DNA of 64,000 nt from Squalus acanthias (lineage: Eukaryota), in assembly GCA_030390025.1 (NCBI GenBank), contig CM059425.1, positions 169,758,001 to 169,822,000 of the forward strand, written 5' to 3'. Positions 13,030-25,959 of this stretch are shown piece by piece. The stretch's first letter is position 1. Each line of letters opens with the position of its first letter. The position numbers and the translations under genes were made by a program. The notes beneath the pieces are model-generated. The model was not told where the DNA came from. It saw only the letters and a list, made by a program, of their open reading frames with translations, and did no database searches.

Positions 13030-13255
13030 TAGCTTGGCTCCCAGTCCCCCAACATATTAAATTTAAAATCCTCGTCTTTCTCTTCAAATCTCTCTTTGGC
13101 CTCACTCTATCCTCCCTCTAAAATATCCTCCAATCTAATATGCCCTCCCATACACTGCGATTCTCTGAATCTGGCCTTTTGTGCATCATTCACTCCCTGT
13201 ACTCCACCACTGAAAATAAAGCTATCAGCTACCTTTACCATACTGTCTGGAATAC
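13030..13255 (+). mobile_element. L2 3' fragment
   Basis: tggctcccagtccccc..aaatttaaaatcctcgtc..ttcaaatctctc corresponds to the L2 WLPV..FKIL..FKSL region. Confidence 0.6.
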
Positions 13256-14782
13256 CATCCTTAAACCAGTTGGAGCTGGACTCCTCCATACTCCTTGACA
13301 TTGAGCGCAGACTTTCTGGCAGGCTTTCCAGTGCACCAAGCATTTGGTTATGTAGACCTATCAGCCTTCTTCTGTAACCTGGCCCATCGAAGTCCTCATC
13401 TGACTCCTCTGCAGCAGAACTAGTGTGCGATCTCGCCCTTCGGCGAGCTGGCACCTGTGCTATCCTTTCCCTCTGTCCTGGCTCCTACACACCTGTGTCT
13501 CCCAATGTGCAGATCCCTCCTCTATCCTAGCCTCTAAAATGCTTGCAGTGTTAGCCGCTGAGAGTGCAGGATCGAGTGACGGTGTCTCTTCATCTTCATT
13601 GTCTTCTTCCTCTTCCTCCTCACTGTCTTCTTCCTCTTCCTCCAAGACCAGAAACGCTCTAGTTCTTGGATATCTGAAATGGAAAAGGGACAAGAGTTGG
13701 TTTGTGGTGAGAGGAAAGAAGAAAGAAAGAAGTGTGTGCTTACACCATCTGCAGCTTCTAAATCAGTAGAAATTGCGGGATAAGGGGGAAGTGGGGCAAG
13801 AGAAGAAGGATTAGCTATTCAGATACCCTCGTCATCGATTGCTTCAGCCCTGCCAGTGGCCACGGCCTCAGCGATGCCCCTTCCCATGATGGCCAGCACT
13901 GTCACCTCCATGGGGGTTAAAATATGCAGGCGCGCTTGTCTTGCTCCAGTTCTTTGCTGCTGCCTGCTGTTGTGCGCCACCTTCTCCTGCAAGAAAGAAG
14001 AAAGTATGTCAGTGAGTGTCCTGCAAGATGTTTGGGTGATGTGACTGTCATGGTTGAATAGCTGCCAGTGTGTGCAAGCTGTGAGTTTTGGGTGCGAGGC
14101 TTGCATCAGTGATAAGTGTGTGAAGGTGAGGTAAAGCATATGAATTTTAGGGTTGAGCACTGATTGATAGAGATTGTTGGTAGGTGGGTGATGGGGTATA
14201 GAGAATTGAGCAGTGGATAAGGATAGTGGTGCAGTTGGTAGGATATGACATTTGAAGATGAAATCACTGACCTTGACAACTCGTGTGAGATTGTTAAACT
14301 TCTTCCTGCACTGCATCCATGTTCTTGGAGCAATAGTCATGGCATTGACCTCTGCCACTATTTGTTCCCACTGCATCCTGAACATCTGTCTGGAGGGCCT
14401 CCTGTCACCCCTGTGAATACAGGACATCTTTCCTTCTTTCCACCTCTTCCATCAAGACCTCCAGTGCATTGTCTGAAAACCTTGGTGCTCACTCTCTCGC
14501 ATGTTCAGCCATTGCTCAAAGTATCACAGCCCAGATTGCCTTTTGAAAAACCCTTTAAGAGGTGCAGGCTGCCTTTAAGTAGCACTGGCCATTTGCGATA
14601 TTGGGCCCCTTGCTGATGCGTGCGGCCAACGAACAACACGGGCAGCATTGCTACACACAGAAATTATGTAAAAGAGTAGGCAGTACCAATTTAATGTACT
14701 GTCTACAACGCAATGAACGGGCATGGGTTTAGCACGTACTGTGATCCCCATGCCCGTTTTCAGGGGTTAGCCAATTTCTCCC
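13255..14782 (-). mobile_element. Truncated Harbinger element carrying a 3-exon Myb/SANT-like pseudogene
   Basis: Exon 1 WEQIVAEVNA..RTWMQCRKKFNNLTR; exon 2 QEKVAHNSRQQQRTG; acidic exon 3. TIR-like aatttctccc at about 14782. Confidence 0.82.
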
Positions 14783-15386
14783 TCAGTATTTTCCCTGAAT
14801 TCATATGCATTGTTATAGAAGACTGAGCATTACAAATTTATTTTTACATAGTTATATCAATGTTTCTGTATTTTGAATGCACAGAATAAGATCCAGCACT
14901 CAGCTAACTCTATGAGCAGTTATATTTCCAGCTCTCAGACCATTAAAGTTCCTTTCAAGCAACATCTGCAAAAATAATTTTTGGGGACTTTCTAACACAA
15001 TTGCATCTTTCTGATATTGAAAGAAAGATTTGTATTTGTATAGAGCCTCATAATTTCTTTCAAATTGCTTCACACACAATTAATTACTTTGAAGTGCAGT
15101 GAATATGGTTATACAGGTAAGCAAGGCAGCCATTTTGCACACAGCAAGATCCCACAAATACTAATGAGATAGATAACCAGTTAATCTGTTTTTGGTGGTG
15201 TTGGTTGAGGAAGGAATCCTGGCCTGGATGCTGGGAGAACGCCATGCTCTTCTTTAAATAATACCATGAGATCATTAACACCCACTTGAATAGGCAGAAG
15301 ATGCCTCGGTTTAACATTTCATTCAAAAGGCTGACACTACAGCACCTCTGAGTACTAGCCAGTACTGGCAGTGTTGGCCGAGGCGA

Positions 15387-15553
15387 TGGAATGAATTTGC
15401 GTGAGGGTTTTCTCGCTCGCCTGCTGTAGTTTCAGCAGAAGAGCCACAGAAACCCTGGATAATCCGCCTAAATGGTGTTTTTCTGGGATTTCCATCGGCT
15501 CACCTGTCAAAGTTAAGGTGGATGAGCGGGAGAAGCCCTGCAGAATTTCACCC
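15387..15553. mobile_element. Short hairpin MITE inside the SINE
   Basis: Imperfect inverted arms gaatttgcgtgagggttttctcgctc / gagcgggagaagccctgcagaatttc. Confidence 0.6.
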
Positions 15554-15609
15554 TGTGCTCAAGTTCTGAAGTGGGGCTTGAACACACAATCTTCTGACTC
15601 AGAGACAAA

Positions 15610-18600
15610 GGGGGGAATTTTTGGGGGGGTCAGTGGGGGCGTTTGGTGGCGGGTCGGCTGGGAAAATGTTTTTTTTGACAGCGGGTAGGGAACCCACTGT
15701 CCACCCGCCTCCACGCTAGTCTTCCAGATGTCGGGTCTGTCATCGCTGAGCAGACCCAACACCAAGCGGCGGGGGAGGCAATTTACATCATTAGAGAAAT
15801 TGTTAAGAGCCAATTAACGAGTAGTTTATGCTTACCTTTCGATTTTTAGAGTTCATCAATGGCTTCCCCGCTGCTCGGGGATCACGTTAAGTGTCAGCAT
15901 GGGATGATTTATTTACTTGACAGCTGCAAATGGTTTATAAAAGCTCCCATTTCATAGGTGTTCACTTTCCAAGCTCAGAAGCTGTTGCTTACTGCATTTG
16001 GAAGATAGATTGATCTTTATGCAGGTTGCAAGTGTTTGGAGCAAACTCTCTATCCAGTGTCACCTCCTTGGAACAATCTTTCTCACCATTGACAGATCGC
16101 TTCTATCATCTCAATCTCACCTTCCACCTATTCTATCAGCATCGGTGCCCTTGAAAAAAATCTCACCTTGGTCCTCAGAATCCCACCACGATCAGCCCCA
16201 ACACCAACAGCACCAGGCACACCAGCAGCATCAACAACAACACTAACTTTCTCCGCAATCAGCTGGTGCTGCACAGGACACAGGGCATCAGCACCCGACC
16301 ACATTGCTGCCCGGAGGCCAGGGATGGCCTCACCATGGCCACATTTGCTTCACTTGACACTGTACACCCTGGCTGCCACATGATGTGCCAGGTTGGCACC
16401 ACCCCACAACAACACCATAAAGCATCCCTACAATGTGGAAAACTGCCCAGGTATGTCCTATCCACAAAAAGCAGGACAAATGCAACCCGGCCAATTACCG
16501 CCCCATCAGTCTACTCTCAATCGTCAACAAAGTGATGGAAGGTGTCATCGACAGTGCTATCAAGCGGCACTTACTCACCAATAACCTGCTCACTGATGCC
16601 CAGTTTGGGTTCCGCCAAGACCACTTGGCTCCCGACCTCATTACAACCTTGGTCCAAACATGGACAAAGAAGCTGAATTCCAGAGGTGAGGTGAGAATGA
16701 CTGCCCTTGACATCAAGACAGCATTTGACCGAGTGTGGAATCAAGGAGCCCTAGTAAAACTGAAGTCAATGGGAATCGGGGGGAAATGGCTCCACTGGCT
16801 GGAGTCATACCTAGCACAAAGGAAGATGGTTGTGGTGCTTGAAGGTCAATCATCACAGCCCCAGGACATCGCTGCAGGAGTTCCTCAGGGCAGTGTCCTA
16901 GGCCCAACCATCTTCAGCTGCTTCATCAATGACCTTCCCTTCAACATAAGGTCAGAAATGGGGTTGTTCGTTGATGATTGCACAGTGTTCAGTGCCATGC
17001 ACAACTCCTCAGATAATGAAGCTGTCCATGCCCGCATGCAACAAGACCTGGACAACGTTCAGGCTTGGGCTGATATGTGGCAGGTAACATTCGCGCCACA
17101 GAAGTGCCAGGCAATGATTATCTCCAACAAGCGAGAGTCTAGCCACCTCTCTTGACAATCAACGGCATTACCATCGCCGAATTCCCCACCATTAACAACC
17201 TGGGGGTCACCATTGACCAGAAATTTAACTGGACAAGCCACATAAATACAGTGGCAACAAGAGCAGGTCAGAGGCTAGGTATTCTGCGGCGAGTGTCTCA
17301 CCTCCTGACCCCCAAAGCCTTTCCACCATCTACAAGGCACAAGTAAGGAGTGTGATGGAATACTCTCCACTTGCCTGGATGAGTGCAGCTCCAACAACAC
17401 TCAAGAAGCTCGACACCATCCAGGATAAAGCAGCCTGCTTGATTGGCACCCCATCCACCACCTTAAACATTCACTCCCTCCACCACCGGCGTACCATGGC
17501 TGCAGTGTGTACCATCTACAAGATGCACTGCAGCAACTCGCCAAGGCTTCTTCGGCAGCACTTCCCAAACCCGCGACCTCTTCCACCTAGAAGGACAAGG
17601 GCAGCAGGCGCATGGGAACACCACCACCTCCAAGTTCCCCTCCAAGTCACACACCATCCTGACTTAGAAGTATATCGCCGATCCTTCATCGTCGCTGGGT
17701 CAAAATCCTGGTACTCCCTACCTAACAGCACTGTGGGAGTACCTTTACCACACGGACTGCAGTGGTTCAAGAAGGCGGCTCACCACCACCTTCTCAAGGG
17801 CAATTAGGGATGGGCAATAAATGCTGGCCTTGCCAGCGATGCCCACATCCCATAAACGAATAATCAAAAAACAATACCCAGGTCATTCCTTTCACACTCA
17901 TGACCATTGTGGGGAATATCGTTATGACTCACCCTTCACTGCAACTCACTAAGCCACTTCCAAAGGTGCACAAAAATCTGTCCAAGAACTGGAAAGTGTT
18001 GAAAATAAAGATTTCTATATAGGACAGCACATTACCAGAAACTTCACATGAACATTGGCTAAAACACCCAATTGCCCACCCTTGTGTGTTATTAGTTGGT
18101 ATGACTGGACTAGGATGAGGGTGAGTGTGAGAGGTGGCTAGTGAGATGAGGAAGTGATAAGGTAGATAGAGAAGGATGGGTGGAGGTGCAAGGTAAGTTG
18201 GTGTGAGTAAGGATGTGCAGGAGTAGGGTAGGGAAGGCAGAGTGATGGGGATGTGATGAGTGGCACAGCAGGATGAGGTTGAGTGTGGCTTTGCAGTAAC
18301 GTTTTGTGATCTACTGAGATCATTGAAAGGTTTGCGCCACTGCAGCCTGGTCCTCCTGACGACATCCCTGCTTGTGCCCTCCTGTGCAATGTGCAACCAG
18401 GCTGCGTTGATCTCCTGGGGAGGTGTCTTCCGCCCATGGGAAGGGAAGAGAATCTCCCTGCGTGCTGTGACTCCCTCCATAAGCATATGGAGGGAGTCAT
18501 GGGAGAGCCTGGGTGCAGCCGTGCACCTCTGTGCAGTGCTTGTCAGTGTTTGCAGCACCTGAATGCTGTAGAACACTGACAGAAGAACTGTCAAAATCAA

Positions 18601-18821
18601 TGTGGCCATGGCCCCTTTAAGGAAACCGGCTGATGACGCGTCATCAAGTGATATCATCAGACCCGCTTCCTTCAATTGGCCGGGAAACGCGTTGGGCGGG
18701 CTTAACAAGCCCAATCAGCCTAAAATTCTTTTCACAGATTGGGATGAAGCCAGCAATGGGGTTGCACCCCGCCACCGACCCCGGCTGCCCCGGACCTGCC
18801 TCGGAAGGCGAAATTGCGGCC
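15610..18821. mobile_element. Non-autonomous Harbinger deletion derivative (family B) with nested LINE
   Basis: AAA TSD at 15607-15609 and 18822-18824. Gln/His-rich transposase N-terminal relic on + and Myb exon 1 relic on -. Homologous to 34637-36361 and 53655-55409. Confidence 0.87.
16431..17870 (+). mobile_element. 5'-truncated CR1-group LINE (RT domain to 3' tail)
   Basis: NYRPISLLS, QFGFR, ALDIKTAFDRVW, GVPQGSVLGP, FVDD. Frameshifted. acaat on both sides. Absent from the sister copies of family B. Confidence 0.93.
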
Positions 18822-19587
18822 AAAGTGCTACCAATTTAGCCAAGATGATAGAACTGTACCTTGCTGCCAATGTAGCTGCAGCTTGTGACTTTGCAATTTA
18901 GCATTCTCTAGGCAGTGACAACTTCACACATCATTGCCAATGTGATTAACTACTAGGGAAAAATATGTCTACAAATTCTAAACTTTTTTAGTTGAAGAAG
19001 TCGCACTAGACAAATATGCTTGTGAATTCAAAGAATATGTAGAACGGTTATCGAGCTGTCATAAGCAGGCTGGTCATAGATACAACATCAAGCATTTTTC
19101 TGTCCCGTGTCTCAACTCCTGCAGCTCTTTTTCCATTGCCACTCTTCCATTCACTTTCATGCAGTTTCACCATCTGAGCTCTGACTTTCCATTTAATATT
19201 TTCCCAGATTGGGATCATCCACCTTCTGAGACTATTGTTCTTCAGCTGCCCATTGTAGTTTTCTCACGGTAAGTTACACTATTACTGCACACAGGATATT
19301 CTTCATTACTTCTGTACTGGTTATGGAATAGCTTTTAATGTGTAATACTCTTGGAAGAAAGTAAAAATAAAATGTATTTTTTACCTTTTTTCCTGTGGTG
19401 CAGAAGTACTCCTATTAATGTTTGAAACTATCCGTTTAGAGCTGCAAACAGTGAAATCCATTTTCTTTTGGATAAACTTAGGAGCCATATGTCATTGAAA
19501 GGTTAATAATCCCACGCACCAAGCCTGCGAATATGAAGGTTGTACTTTATTGTTTGGCTTTGAGCCTTGAAGAAGGTGAAACGTGCA

Positions 19588-20365
19588 AGAAAGGCAGAGT
19601 ATTATTTAAATGGTGATAGATTGGGAAATGTTGATGTACAAAGGGACCTGGATGTCCTTGTACACCAGTCACTGAAAACAAACATGCAGGTGCAGCAAGC
19701 AGTTAGGAAGGCAAATGGTATGTTGGCCTTCATTGCAAGAGGATTTGAGTACAGGAGCAAGGATGTCTTACTACAGTTGTACAGGGCCTTGGTGAGACCA
19801 CACCTGGAGTACTGTGTGCAGTTTTGGTCTCCTTACCTAAGAAAGGATATACTTGCCATAGAGGGAGTGCAGCGAAGATTCACCAGACTGATTCCTGGGA
19901 TGGCAGGACTGTTGTATGAGGAGAGATTGGGTCGACTAGGCCTGTATTCACTAGAGTTTAGAAGAATGAGAGGGGATCTCATTGAAACGTATAAAATTCT
20001 GACAGGGCTAGACAGACTGGATGCAGGGAGGATGTTTCCCCTGGCTGTGGGGGTCTAGAACAAGGGGTCACCATCTCAGGATACGGGGTAGGATATTTAG
20101 GACTGAGATGAGGAGAAATTTCTTCACTCAGAGGGTGGTGAACCTATGGAATTCTCTACCACAGAAGGCTGTGGAGGCCAAGTCACTGAATATATTTAAG
20201 AAGGAGATAGATAGATTTCTAGACACAAAAGGCATCAAGGGGTATGGGGAGAGAGCGGGAATATAGTATTGAGATAGAGGATCAGCCATGATCATATTGA
20301 ATGGCGGAGCAGGCTCGAAGGGCCGAATGGCCTACTCCTGCTCCTATTTTTCTATGTTTCTATGT
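19588..20365 (+). mobile_element. CR1 LINE 3' end
   Basis: KANGMLAFIARG..LYRALVRPHLEYCVQFWSP..RRMRGDLIETYKIL. Tail gggccgaatggcctactcctgctcctatttttctatg. Confidence 0.93.
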
Positions 20366-21554
20366 GGCTGTTGAAACTGTTGTTACTGTTCTAGGAGAAT
20401 GCTAAAGCAATGATCGAGAATCAGTTGTTAAACAAATTTCCAAAATGAGTTGCATGAATGTCAACAAGACTGTTTATTACAAACAGAAACAGGAATTCTT
20501 ATCCAAAAATTTGATTCAACAAAATGTTTAAAAAAAATCCTAATTTGCTATGTTTTCTTATCTTGCCTTTACTGCTAGGCCTCAATTCACCCTGTAGTGT
20601 AGACCTCTCCCATCAAATCACAACACTGGAGGCACACAACTGCTCCATCAGCAGCTCTCTGACAGTGAATAATGCTGTAAAAGCAATCGCCCCTCTTACA
20701 GTCTTTCTCTCTCTGTCATTTATTTTCAAAGAAAAATAAAGAACTACACACTTTGATGCAAACTGATACCTTAAGTACATCACCAAATCAAATGACAAAA
20801 TTGTTACAGGGCTGCTGCAGTGCAGTACTTGATAGTGCTTCCTGTGACTGCATCTTAAATGATAGCGCAAGAATGATTTAGTAGTTTTGCTCTTTATGCC
20901 TGAAAACCGTCTTTAAATTGCCTGGATTTTAATGATAGTTATTGAAAGCTGAAGGATCTCTGTGGTATCCCTTTCCCCATCATCTCCTTGTCAATCTGCT
21001 CTTCAAGAAATCAATAAGCAGAGAACTGTGATTTTAGAACTCCATCACCATTTCTTGGGTTAGCAGCTCTGCTCTTTCATTTTGTCTTCCAGTCTTGCTA
21101 ATAATAACTGAGCTGCTTTAGGATCTTAAGGGAAGAGAAATGCTAACAAAGAAAATACTGAAGAAGTGCTCTATCCCCAGTTGCATGCATACTGATTTCT
21201 TGAAAAAAATTATGATTGCTTAAAATGTGTTGCATACAATCCACACTCCTTTGCAAATCTTCCTCAGGCCATTAATTGGATTATATAGGCAATTTACAAT
21301 GTTCTGGTGAATACCTCCAAAGATCTGAAGAGAACTACACAGGGACACTTCTGCTAGTTGAGGTTTTCAGCGGAGCAGCAGAGAAGTTTCACACACTTCT
21401 GATGCGAATGCTTGTGGAGGGGGGTGGGGGTGGGGAGAGTGTCAAGGGGCTCCAGCAGGTTTTTTGTTTTAACTGTAATTGGAAGCCAGGAGCAACCCTA
21501 GTTTCTTTACTCGTAGCTACCAGTTTATGCCTGTGCGATTTCTTCAGTACTTGA

Positions 21555-21708
21555 AAAGTTAACAATAACCTGGCGGAGCGGATCGCCCACCATTGATAGA
21601 ACCCGCCCAACTTTCATTCCATTGATATCAGTGGAACAAAACTCGGGCGGTTCTATGTCGACGGGCGATCAGGTAACCACCCAGGCGACAGATTTGAAAA
21701 TGACCCCC
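21555..21708. mobile_element. Palindromic MITE
   Basis: Arms gatcgccc..atagaacccgccc..ttccattga / tcagtggaa..gggcggttctat..gggcgatc. Ends in aaaatgacccc. Confidence 0.7.
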
Positions 21709-22569
21709 ACTGTCTCAGAATGTTACTTATCTCAGCTGGTCCTTTTCATCACATTCTGATCCTAAAAGATGTTATATATTCTTTGATGTTATAAATGTAC
21801 TTTCTGGCAGAGGGCAGCAAATTGGCAAGCAGGAGGAGGAACCAGTTTAAAAAAATCTTTACATCAGGCTCTTTGGAAGCTTTTAAATAACTTAATTTTG
21901 AATGGTCAGGTAAATTTGAAAGAAGGTGTGTTAACTCATGCAGCACAATTAGAAATTTGACCAAGTTCTTTAGTTCTCTTACAGAAAAGCTCTGGTTATT
22001 GCCGATATTCTTTGGACAGTGCATGTAAAAAAACTGTTGTAGTTTTAGTAGAAAGTTCTGTGTTTGCTCAGTCAATTCACTGGATATGTTGAATGAGGTG
22101 CTAAATTTGTAATTTAAACTGTAAATCATTTTTAAAAGATGTTTCTTTAGACTAGGTTTCAATTTCTACATAAACTGCCATGTAATGTTTACCAAATGTT
22201 TTCTTTTTAGAACAGACTTTAGAAAGAAAATCCTAACACTTCAAAAGAAAAACTAGACTACTTAATTGTCTACAGACTCTCCCTCACACCTGCACAAAAG
22301 AAAGGGTTTCGACAGAGATGTGGATAACATTCTTTTACATTTTGATAGCTCTTTTCTGGCTTTTTGTTAACTGTTTTCTCATGGGAACTAACATACTGTG
22401 TGGTCTCACCATTGAGTACAACTCTACAGCTGTGGGCAGGTTGGTTTGTAATGTTTCTCAGGTTGCAGGCCAACAGACCTAAGTTATACTCTTGATTGGG
22501 CCTTGTATATAGATCTGTGACAGTGCATGCGTTCTTGGCCATTTGTGCACAGCTGCACTCCTCAGACAG

Positions 22570-24740
22570 AAAAAAAGTAAATTTAATGTTTTTAATGTCA
22601 ATCATGTGTCAACCTATAGCGTCTTTCTTCAATGTTTTATTTCAACTAATCCTACTACTCCTTCGGGATGCTTCTGCGGTGGCTTCTGCATAGCTGGTGG
22701 AAGCTGAGGACCCTTGTGATGTTTGTGGCCTGTGACCTCTGGGAGTTCGGGCCTGAAAGGGCCTAGCTGCAGACTGCAGCATCTCAGCTGCTGCTGTGGC
22801 AGTCTGGCCCAGCTGGCTTTCTAACGCCGTGATGAACATTGGTTGAGGAGGTGGTGAGGGAGCAGATATGCTGTCATCCTAACGGAGGGCAACATGTGCC
22901 ACTCCCATTGAGCCATTACCACTCCTATGCAACTGTGGCTCATCACTCCCATTGCTGCTCAAGAAACCAGCCTTCAGGAGATCAGTGATGCCTTTAAAGC
23001 CCATATCCATGTGGACCAGCAGTCTCTCCAAGGTGGAACATACGTTGAAGCTCCTCTGAATGGCAACAGTTCGAGCATCCAACAAAGCTGCAAATGTTGG
23101 TGTCACAGACTCCTGGTGTGAGGGTTCAGGCTACCATTTCCATGGAGGTGACAACATATTGTAGACTGGTAGACTGCAGAACGCGACAGAATGCCACCCA
23201 AGCTTGAAGTGGACTCCTCCAAACTTTCAGACATGGTACGGGTAACTCCTTGGCATGCTTTCCAATACATCGTACAGTTGTATATGTGTCAAAAGAGCTT
23301 TCGTTTAAAGGCTGGGCCCCTGAAATCAGCCTCTCTGTCCTCTTCAGCAGAGCTTTGAGTCGAGTTTGCCGTCTCATGGACTGTCCTTTCCACTATTCCC
23401 TGTTCCTGCTCATTTGTGCTGAGTGCTTCAACAAGTGCTGACTTCTCTAACTCAGTCTGTAACCCACTTGAGGTGCCAATCTCTGTGCTAGTGCTTGGGA
23501 GAGATGGAGAGTGTTACGGTTGCTTCTTCCAGAGTATTGTCCTCCTCCAATTCCTTTCCATGTGTCCAGGTGCTAAGAAGGACTTGGATAAAGGGGAAAG
23601 GGACAAAAGTTAGAATGGCATTGACAGGCCGGACATTAGGAAATGATAAGCTTCACTAATGTGTTTTAATGTGCGATTGCTTGAGGTCAATAAATGGGTA
23701 CAAGTAATAGGCAGACACCCTGCTCAGTGTCACACCCAGTCTCACCATCTTTGATGCTCTTTTCTCTGAATGGGTGTATTATCTCCAGAACTGTCTGCTC
23801 TGTGTGAGGGCCTGGATGTTGGTTGGTCCTTGTCTGGTCTTGCTCCTGTCCCTTGCATTATGATCTATTTTGTCTTGCAGAAAGAGAGGGAAAGAGTTAG
23901 TGAGCGTCCTGTTGAAAAGGGATGTGCATATGTGTGGAGCTCCTTCATATAGTGTGTGTGCTGAGTGGGAGAAGAAGGGGAGGTGTTGAATAAAAAGAAA
24001 GTGGCTGGACTGTAAAGTGAGAAAGTAGTCCTCAGAGGAGATCATTGTTTGGCATTTGCTACCAGGTGAGAGCAGAATGCTGTTAGTACCTGTTGTGAAG
24101 GTAGTAACAGGTGATGTGTGAATGGAATGAGGAGAGGTCCTGTTGTGATTGGTGGAGTTGGATGTGTTGCAGAGAAGTGTTCAGAGTGCTGGGGAAGGGG
24201 CAAGTGCTGTTTCCAGGTATAATGCAGAGAAATGGAGATATGAAGACCTGTACTCACCCTTGCTGCTCTGGTCAGGTCATTGAACCTTTTCCTGCTTTGA
24301 ATCCAGGTCTTGGTGGTGATGCTCTGAGAGTTCACTACCTCTGCCACCTCCCTCCAGACCTGCACCAAGATCTGTCTTTGCAGCTTCTTTCCATTAGATG
24401 GAAATAGGATGTACTTCCATATTCTCACCTCCTCAGTGAGGACTCCACAGATGCGACTGAGAGCCTGGGAGCTTGTTTCCGACTCATCTTCAATATTCAG
24501 AAGATTCCAGCAAAGCTACAGACTAATTTCAGCGATGCGGATGCTACCTCCCTTTAAGAGGCCTGCAGGAAAATTGCCCTACAAGTGGGTGGGCTGTCCG
24601 CCAATCAAATGCTAAAGTGACGCAACTGTTGAAATCCTTCGGCCCTCACACTGATGACGTTGATTGGACGCTCCGCCCAACCCACCGGGTCTGCCTGCTC
24701 CGCCCATCCAAAAACCACTGCCAGTTAAAATCCCCCCCCC
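22570..24740 (-). mobile_element. Truncated Harbinger element with degenerate Myb/SANT-like gene
   Basis: ILFPSNGKK..VWREVAEVVNS..TWIQSRKRFNDLTRAAR|GTGAGT; exon 2 LQDKIDHNAR; long exon 3. Terminal gttaaaatcccc. Confidence 0.8.
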
Positions 24741-25216
24741 CTTATATACTTGAGGTGTGTGTACAACTCTTTAGTATAATCAAGAGTCAAAATTGTTTAC
24801 CTGATGGCCACTTTCACATTGGTGCTCATCTGAAAGTGCTTCACATACACACAAACGGGCAATAGTCCATCTGCAGCCTCACATGAAGTAGCAGGAATTC
24901 GCTTTTGTAACCGATTCATTTTGGTTTGTGTTCCACATCTAAGAATAAAGGTCACAGACATACATCGCCTTGGTTTAGATACTTCATGCTGCTGTTTATA
25001 CCTGGCCATTGGCGTGAGCTCCAAATTCCAAGGATGATGTTATTGAATGTGCTGCAGTGACATCAGCCAAGTTATACTGATTGTAAACCTGACCTCTTCC
25101 AACTTCAGAGCCCAGATGTTGTAGGAATTATTTCTGACTTTCACACCTCCCACGTTGGGTGTTAGAGTGGGGTTCACAGACCTGAATCCACCTTAACAGG
25201 ATCAGACAGATACACT

Positions 25217-25959
25217 GGCCCAAAAATTCGTGAGGAAGCCTTCGTGCGAGGGTAAGGCTTCCCTGCGATCTCTCACTGCGCGTTGGCTTTTTCAGTTCCA
25301 GCTCGCACGAACTTGATGTTCTGGACAGCTGCTGTGCTGGGCTTGCGTATCCCACAGGCGCAGTTAATTCGTGCGAGCTGTGGGATCACGTGACTCAGTT
25401 AGAGCCAATGGCAGCACACCATCTTCCATTCATAACTTTCACATAAGTGCTGTGAAAGCTATGAATACTATAGCCCCCCAAAAGAACAGCTAAACCTCAA
25501 TTAAATTAAAAAAAAAACCATCACATTAATAAAATAAGTATAGTTAAATAAATTAACCATTTTAAATAAAAAATTAAATTTTTGAAAAAATTTAAAATCT
25601 TTTAAAAAGTTATAAAAATAAACTTACCTGTCTTTAAAGTCTCTAAAAAAGATATACCTGTTAAAAAAAATTCAAAATAATACTTAATTCACTACTTACC
25701 TTGTTAAAAGTGGGTCTTACTCCTCCTTTTTTTATGTGTAAAATCTTCCATACTTACCTGCGCGTTGAAACCACTAAGTGCACTGCGTGCGCGCAGCCTG
25801 TAGCGCGCACGCGGTTCACCTAGGAACCGCTCCCTTTTCCATTCACCAAGTGCCGGTTTTCAGCGCATGCGCAGTGCATGCAGAAAACCGGCAATTGGAG
25901 ACAGAATACGCGAGAGTACACAGTGCGTACTCTCGCGTAGCGGCACTAATTTTTGGGCC
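25217..25959. mobile_element. Harbinger-type MITE (family A-related)
   Basis: TIRs ggcccaaaaatt / aatttttgggcc. ACT TSD at 25214-25216 and 25960-25962. AT-rich core and gccggttttc..gcgcatgcgc..gaaaaccggc hairpin. Confidence 0.87.

Larger units (their letters stand above)
15022..18845 (-). mobile_element. DeuSINE (SacSINE1-like) split by two insertions (SINE parts 15022-15385, 15555-15609, 18822-18845)
   Basis: Body is the reverse complement of 41310-41650. The tRNA-like head cttggctaaattggtagcac|tttgtctctgagtcagaag..gttcaagccccac rejoins across 15610-18821. Confidence 0.8.

Noticed and set aside
15555..15609. tRNA gene
   Set aside because: It is the tRNA-derived head of a SINE, with no complete cloverleaf.
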